A stretch of DNA of 64,000 nucleotides from a virus, in the IMG/VR virus record IMGVR_UViG_3300033145_002224, positions 37,438 to 101,437 of that record; one strand, given 5' to 3'. The notes under the pieces are model-generated. The model was not told where the DNA came from. It did not search any database and saw only the letters and a list, made by a program, of their open reading frames with translations. Within the stretch, counting starts at the first letter, position 1, and each line of letters opens with the position of its first letter. The translations under genes were made by a program, and so were the position numbers. Below are positions 58,816-64,000 of this stretch, in pieces.

Positions 58816-59889
58816 ATGAAAAAAATACATCATTATAGTGGAGTAACACTAGGTTGCGACCCAGAATTCTTCTTCTCACAAAACGGAAAAATAAAAGGAT
58901 CAGAGAAAATACTCCCCAAAGAAGGACTACACATACCATTTAGAGGAAAAACCAAAATAACAATAGACGGAGTACAAGCAGAATTAAACCCAACACCAAG
59001 CATATGTAGACAAAGCCTAGCATATACACTTGCAGCATGTTTCTATGAACTAAAAAAAGCAACAAAAAACGATAAAAAATTAGAATGCGATTTTTCACAA
59101 GGAATAAAAGTCCTACCAATAGAAATGAAAACACTTAGCAAAGAAGCCAAAGAATTAGGCTGTTCACCATCAAAAAATGCCTACTCAAAGAAAAACAAAA
59201 TATCATTTAAAGGAGCAGCAAAACAAATGTATCGCTCAGCCGGTGGACACATACATTTAGGTGCAGACCATAACAGCTCAATTCATTTAAAAAAAGCCAT
59301 AAAATCACCAGACCGACTAATTCCACTACTAGACATATTAGTAGGAAACACTTGTGTACTAATAGATAGAGACGAAAACAACATAAAAAGAAGAAAAACA
59401 TACGGAAAAGCAGGAGAATATAGAACACCAAAACACGGAATAGAATACAGAACACTATCAAACTTTTGGCTACAATCATATCCACTCATGTCATTTGTAA
59501 CGGGACTATCAAGAATGGCAACTATTATAGTCGCAAACAACGTTGACAAACAATTTACTAAAGCAACAAAAAAAGTATTAATCAAAAGAGCAATCAATAA
59601 TAATGACTACAAACTAGCACTAAAAAACTTCAAACAAATACAACCAATCATTGAAAAAATAAACCCAAACGCTTTAACCTACTTCCCACTAGCCAAAGAA
59701 AACATGAAAGATTTCCTATACTTTATTAAAAAAAGAAAAAACTACTGGTTTAAAGAAAATATACTAAAACACTGGATTAAATGTCACGAAGGATCACTAG
59801 GAGACGGCTGGGAAAGATTCCTAGAAAACACAGTAAACCCAGAAAGATTACTATATGAACGCACCCACCCATTTAAAGTAAACAACTAA
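58816..59889 (+). CDS. phiEco32-like COOH-NH2 ligase (type 2)
   Basis: LGCDPEF, DGVQAE, GC.P, RSAGGHIH, RR..YGKAGEYR, EYRTLSNFW. Confidence 0.92.
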   Translation: MKKIHHYSGVTLGCDPEFFFSQNGKIKGSEKILPKEGLHIPFRGKTKITIDGVQAELNPTPSICRQSLAYTLAACFYELKKATKNDKKLECDFSQGIKVLPIEMKTLSKEAKELGCSPSKNAYSKKNKISFKGAAKQMYRSAGGHIHLGADHNSSIHLKKAIKSPDRLIPLLDILVGNTCVLIDRDENNIKRRKTYGKAGEYRTPKHGIEYRTLSNFWLQSYPLMSFVTGLSRMATIIVANNVDKQFTKATKKVLIKRAINNNDYKLALKNFKQIQPIIEKINPNALTYFPLAKENMKDFLYFIKKRKNYWFKENILKHWIKCHEGSLGDGWERFLENTVNPERLLYERTHPFKVNN

Positions 59890-60075
59890 GAATATTATAA
59901 CCGTATAAAACATAATCACACATATTCACCCACACACTAAAAACAAAACACAATATACAAATATTAACAAGCCAACAAAGATAAAGGTCCGTTCCAGAGA
60001 TTACAGTTATCTCGTAAGAGAACCCCACCCAAATCTTCGGCCTATAATATAACTATATAGGAGCATACGTCTCCA

Positions 60076-60552
60076 ATGTCAAATATTCTTAGTTACATTA
60101 AATTACTAACTTCAAATAATTTTACTAACAATAAACTACAAATATCCATGAAAAACACTAAAACACCACCCAAAAAAAAGACAATCAACAAACTTAACCT
60201 AAAATACATCGTTGCAGTCTACGGTTCACTTAAAAAGGGAAAATTCAATGACTTCAACAAAATATTCCCAAATAAAACAAAATTTCTAGGAAAAGACACA
60301 ATCATAGGACAACTATACCAAAAAAACAATATATCATACCCATTTCTAGGAAAAGGAAATAACAAAGTAAACGTAGAACTATATGAACTATCACTTGACG
60401 AATTCCTAATAACAAACAACATGGAATTAGGAGCCGGTTACGAACCAAAAATGTATAGAACACTAGAAAACAACATACAAACAATCACCTGGGAATTCAC
60501 ACGTCATGAACTAACCAAAGAACAGGGATTTAATAAAATAGATATATACTAA
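60076..60552 (+). CDS. Gamma-glutamylcyclotransferase (AIG2-like)
   Basis: VAVYGSLKKG, YP, VELY; start probably at internal MKNT. Confidence 0.85.
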   Translation: MSNILSYIKLLTSNNFTNNKLQISMKNTKTPPKKKTINKLNLKYIVAVYGSLKKGKFNDFNKIFPNKTKFLGKDTIIGQLYQKNNISYPFLGKGNNKVNVELYELSLDEFLITNNMELGAGYEPKMYRTLENNIQTITWEFTRHELTKEQGFNKIDIY

Positions 60553-60556
60553 AAAT

Positions 60557-60874
60557 ATGTCACCAGCATTACATAAAAGAATATATAACGACACAAACAA
60601 CAACCCACACAACCAATACAACTCAGACGAAATATATATAATATGCCCAACATGCAAAAGACAATGCCACACACTAAATATGTCTGCTAAAGCCACAGTT
60701 GAAGGTTCATTTGACCCAAACACAGGATTTGACGTAATAGACGCCAACCACTACACACAAACAACCTTTGAATGTTTCTACTGTAACAACATAATTCCCC
60801 TAAAAGAAATACTAATACAACTAAACATAGATAAAGAACAATACAAACAAGGCTTTGCCCTATGTAAAACATAA
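60557..60874 (+). CDS. Zn-ribbon protein
   Basis: CPTC...CFYC. Confidence 0.65.
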   Translation: MSPALHKRIYNDTNNNPHNQYNSDEIYIICPTCKRQCHTLNMSAKATVEGSFDPNTGFDVIDANHYTQTTFECFYCNNIIPLKEILIQLNIDKEQYKQGFALCKT

Positions 60875-60879
60875 AACAT

Positions 60880-61053
60880 ATGAAAAACCATACATGCAAC
60901 TGTCCAAAATGCGATCAAAACAAAAATAAAAAACAAGCACACATAACAACAGAAGAGGGTCGTTATAAAATAAATTGTACTGCTTGCGGATACACTGATT
61001 ATCTTAAAATAGCAAGTAAACACACACTTAAAGGTCAAACTACTATAATATAA
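60880..61053 (+). CDS. Zn-ribbon protein (57 aa)
   Basis: Manual translation MKNHTCNCPKC...CTACGY... Confidence 0.6.
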   Translation: MKNHTCNCPKCDQNKNKKQAHITTEEGRYKINCTACGYTDYLKIASKHTLKGQTTII

Positions 61054-61073
61054 CTTAATTAATAAACAAACAT

Positions 61074-61679
61074 ATGCCACGAACAATAACATGCCCAAAC
61101 TGCAACACAGAAATAGAACATGTTAACTACAATTGTCTAGTAAAAGAACACGGCCGATTTTACCCACCACAACAAAACGGAAACTACGGAGAACATGAAA
61201 CAACTGATTCAGGAGACTCATCAAACTTCTCATATGAATGTCCAGAATGTGAATACAAACTAGCAAATAACGATTCACAAATGATAAAACTATATAACGC
61301 TAACAACATAAATAACAAAAAACCAAAACAACCACCACCACTAAGACAAAATCAAAAACACATCAAAGATGCAGTACAACACAAAATAACAAATACAATA
61401 GAAGTAAACAACCCATATCCACCATCATTAATAGAAAAAGAACCACCCCTAAAAGCAAAGGCAGCAATAAATCCACACAACAAACTTACACCAGAAGAAC
61501 AAGATAAATTTAACAACACAATCATTACAATCTGTCCTGATTGCAATCACTATAATATAATTAACAAAACTGATATAAATCGTCCAATGCATCTTGGAAT
61601 CAAACCAATAATTAATTGCGTTAAATGTAATAAAGAATTCAACGCACTGGACTATTTACTAATCAAAAAAGAATACTAA
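61074..61679 (+). CDS. Double Zn-ribbon protein
   Basis: CPNC/CPEC and CPDC/CVKC pairs. Confidence 0.7.
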   Translation: MPRTITCPNCNTEIEHVNYNCLVKEHGRFYPPQQNGNYGEHETTDSGDSSNFSYECPECEYKLANNDSQMIKLYNANNINNKKPKQPPPLRQNQKHIKDAVQHKITNTIEVNNPYPPSLIEKEPPLKAKAAINPHNKLTPEEQDKFNNTIITICPDCNHYNIINKTDINRPMHLGIKPIINCVKCNKEFNALDYLLIKKEY

Positions 61680-61680
61680 T

Positions 61681-63237
61681 ATGCCTACAAAAAAGAAAAA
61701 AGAACCAAAAAAAGAATTCAACTTCAAAATAGGAGCAGACCCAGAATTCTTAATACTACTACACTCAACAAGACTACAAGCACAAACAATACTAAATATG
61801 ATATTTGAAGATACAACAGCAAAAGAATTCGGATACGACATAAAAGGAGGTAATATAGGCTGGGACGGCTCAGCCGGTACAGCTGAATTAAGACCAAAAC
61901 CAGAAAAATCACCACAACTAGTAGTAAACAATATCCACGCAATGTTGAAAGAATTCGTCTCAAGAGCAAACATATTTGAACTAACAACACTATCAAAGGG
62001 AGCACCAACAGGAGGACACATACACCTACAAAACATAAACAATAGACCAACACAACACATACATAACCAAGTTATGTCATTCTACTGGCCATTAATGCTA
62101 GGCGAAGATAAAATAAACCTATATGAAAGACTAGAAATAGGATATGGAAAAATTGAAGACTTTAAAGAAAAAAACAACAACAAAACATACGAACTAAGAG
62201 TACCCTCAGCAGAATGGCTAACAACTCCAAAAATAACAAACGCCACACTAGCATATCTGGCAACAATTTGGCATGAAATACACTTCAACCAAACAAATCT
62301 AAATAAATTCAAAGATATAATACACAATAACACCAAACAAGGAAATGCAATTCAAGAATTAGCACTAAGTGAATTCCAAAACATAACAAAATATATCATA
62401 ACCCAAATCAAACGAGCAATCAAAACATTTGAAATGTATCCAGCCTACAAAAAAGAAATAGACTATATAATGAACTACAAAAAAGTAATCCAAGACAAAA
62501 AAGACGTACAATACAACATGTTAAAAGGCTGGAAACTATACTCCCGCAAACAACCAAACAAACAAACCATATTAAAAACAAACACAAAACAAATTGAAAC
62601 ATCAAAAATAAACCTAGACACATTCTATAATATGATAGAAATACCATGCAACGACGATATGAACGTAAGCATGTACGCAGATACAATAAAAGATAAAATA
62701 TTCAATTTAGGCTGGAAACTCAATAACAACTACCACCTATTCGGCCTACGTAAAGGACTAAACAAATACATAGCAACAAACTTCAATATAGAATTCCTTA
62801 AAGGTTATAAATTAATAAACACTCTTGACGACTTTGACGTCATATATAGAATCATACGTAAAATGCTACACAAATGGAACCACAACCACTTACCAAAAAA
62901 TCCACAAGAAATAAACAAAATCACAAAAACAAAAGAAAACGAAAAAAACATAATCATAGGAATTCCATATGAAGATAGACAAAAAAGAATCACAAAAAAT
63001 CTTATTGAACTAATATACAATATAGAAAAAGAAACAAACAAAAAGAAAACAATAAACATACACAATCTAATAAATAACCAAATAAACGAAGATAAAAAAA
63101 CTAGTATAATATTAAAGGTCTATAAAAAATCAAAACCAACCAACGAGCAACCACAAACTCAAACAGCAACAATGACAGACAGAATATACGTATCACCACA
63201 AACGCCTAACAACCCACTATCATTCTCAAATGAATAA
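61681..63237 (+). CDS. Second COOH-NH2 ligase/amidoligase-family protein
   Basis: IGADPEF, DG...AELRP, GGHIH, YELR. Confidence 0.85.
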   Translation: MPTKKKKEPKKEFNFKIGADPEFLILLHSTRLQAQTILNMIFEDTTAKEFGYDIKGGNIGWDGSAGTAELRPKPEKSPQLVVNNIHAMLKEFVSRANIFELTTLSKGAPTGGHIHLQNINNRPTQHIHNQVMSFYWPLMLGEDKINLYERLEIGYGKIEDFKEKNNNKTYELRVPSAEWLTTPKITNATLAYLATIWHEIHFNQTNLNKFKDIIHNNTKQGNAIQELALSEFQNITKYIITQIKRAIKTFEMYPAYKKEIDYIMNYKKVIQDKKDVQYNMLKGWKLYSRKQPNKQTILKTNTKQIETSKINLDTFYNMIEIPCNDDMNVSMYADTIKDKIFNLGWKLNNNYHLFGLRKGLNKYIATNFNIEFLKGYKLINTLDDFDVIYRIIRKMLHKWNHNHLPKNPQEINKITKTKENEKNIIIGIPYEDRQKRITKNLIELIYNIEKETNKKKTINIHNLINNQINEDKKTSIILKVYKKSKPTNEQPQTQTATMTDRIYVSPQTPNNPLSFSNE

Positions 63238-63258
63238 TAAATAAATAACAAAAAATAA

Positions 63259-64000
63259 ATGTGCGGAATAATATCCTACTTTAATATCAACGACAATAAA
63301 AACCAAATCAACAACGCTATTATTACACAATTCCAAGAACAACGCTCAAGAGGAACAGAGGGTTTTGGTATAATTATAATAAACCCAAAAACACTAAAAA
63401 TAAAACTACTTAGAGCAACACACGAAGCACAAGCAATATTCCACTTAATGACAAACCCAGCAAAAATGATAATGTTTCACCATAGAAATCCAACAAGCAG
63501 TATAAACAATATAAACCAAACACATCCAATATCAGTAAACAATGAAACATTAAAATACAAATATCTAGTATTACACAATGGAGTCATTATGAATAGCATA
63601 CAAAGACAACAAGTACATAACAACCTAAAATTCCTATATACAACATACTATAAAAACAAAAACAAAACATTAAACGCACCAAAATACAAATTCAACGATA
63701 GTGAAACATTAGCAATAGACCTAGCCAGATTTATAGAAAGAAAAACAAATAAAATCAAAGCATATGGAGCAGCAACATTTATAGTACTACAAATAAACAA
63801 AAAAACTAACACAGCAAAACAAATATTCTTCGGACAAAATGATAAAAACGCACTAAATATAGCAAAATCTAGAAACTTGATTAGATTAAGCTCAACCGGA
63901 CCAGGTAATAAAGTAAAAGAAAATATAATGTATCACTTTGATTTCAAAGACTTCATTATAAGAAAAAGAAAATGTATAATTGATAGCACAAACCCAAATA
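63259..64000 (+). CDS. Class II (Ntn) glutamine amidotransferase (partial)
   Basis: Not in ORF track: MCGII...RG.EGFG...HHR.PT...HP...HNG...DSE. Confidence 0.9.
   Translation, partial: MCGIISYFNINDNKNQINNAIITQFQEQRSRGTEGFGIIIINPKTLKIKLLRATHEAQAIFHLMTNPAKMIMFHHRNPTSSINNINQTHPISVNNETLKYKYLVLHNGVIMNSIQRQQVHNNLKFLYTTYYKNKNKTLNAPKYKFNDSETLAIDLARFIERKTNKIKAYGAATFIVLQINKKTNTAKQIFFGQNDKNALNIAKSRNLIRLSSTGPGNKVKENIMYHFDFKDFIIRKRKCIIDSTNPN

Noticed and set aside
58739-63065. Minus-strand hydrophobic ORFs in the right arm
   Set aside because: Antisense artefacts of the A/C-rich coding strand
1-64000. Stop-codon reassignment
   Set aside because: Long genes are intact in code 11, and TAA, TAG and TGA all act as stops; apparent fragmentation is explained by introns and one frameshift

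Overview
This AT-rich window is part of a tailed dsDNA phage genome with a podovirus-like (P22/SU10-type) gene set, read in standard genetic code 11. The host is possibly a Patescibacteria/CPR-like bacterium (inference only). The left ~56 kb is on the minus strand. It carries internal/ejection proteins, an M23 peptidase, tail tube/nozzle and fibre genes, and four genes with long mucin-like (TSSS)n tracts. A 9-kb glycosyltransferase/methyltransferase/kinase/sulfotransferase/cytidylyltransferase cluster lies among them, followed by lysis genes. The major capsid gene is split by two group I introns, each with a LAGLIDADG endonuclease; scaffold, portal, TerL and TerS follow. Beyond these are a large intein-bearing virion-type protein, a ~600-nt structured non-coding region with a small RNA, tRNA-Trp, HU and small accessory genes. 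After a divergence point near 55.9-56.6 kb, a plus-strand arm with extreme A/C bias encodes a phiEco32-type amidoligase/GGCT/Gln-amidotransferase module. Main leads: (1) a self-encoded virion glycocalyx system; (2) a capsid intron with a non-canonical C-G 5' splice site; (3) unclassified structured RNAs; (4) a conserved GGGTACTTWTGNTAWAAT promoter; (5) a 47-aa mini-protein copying the capsid N-arm; (6) an HNH motif inside a probable ejection protein.
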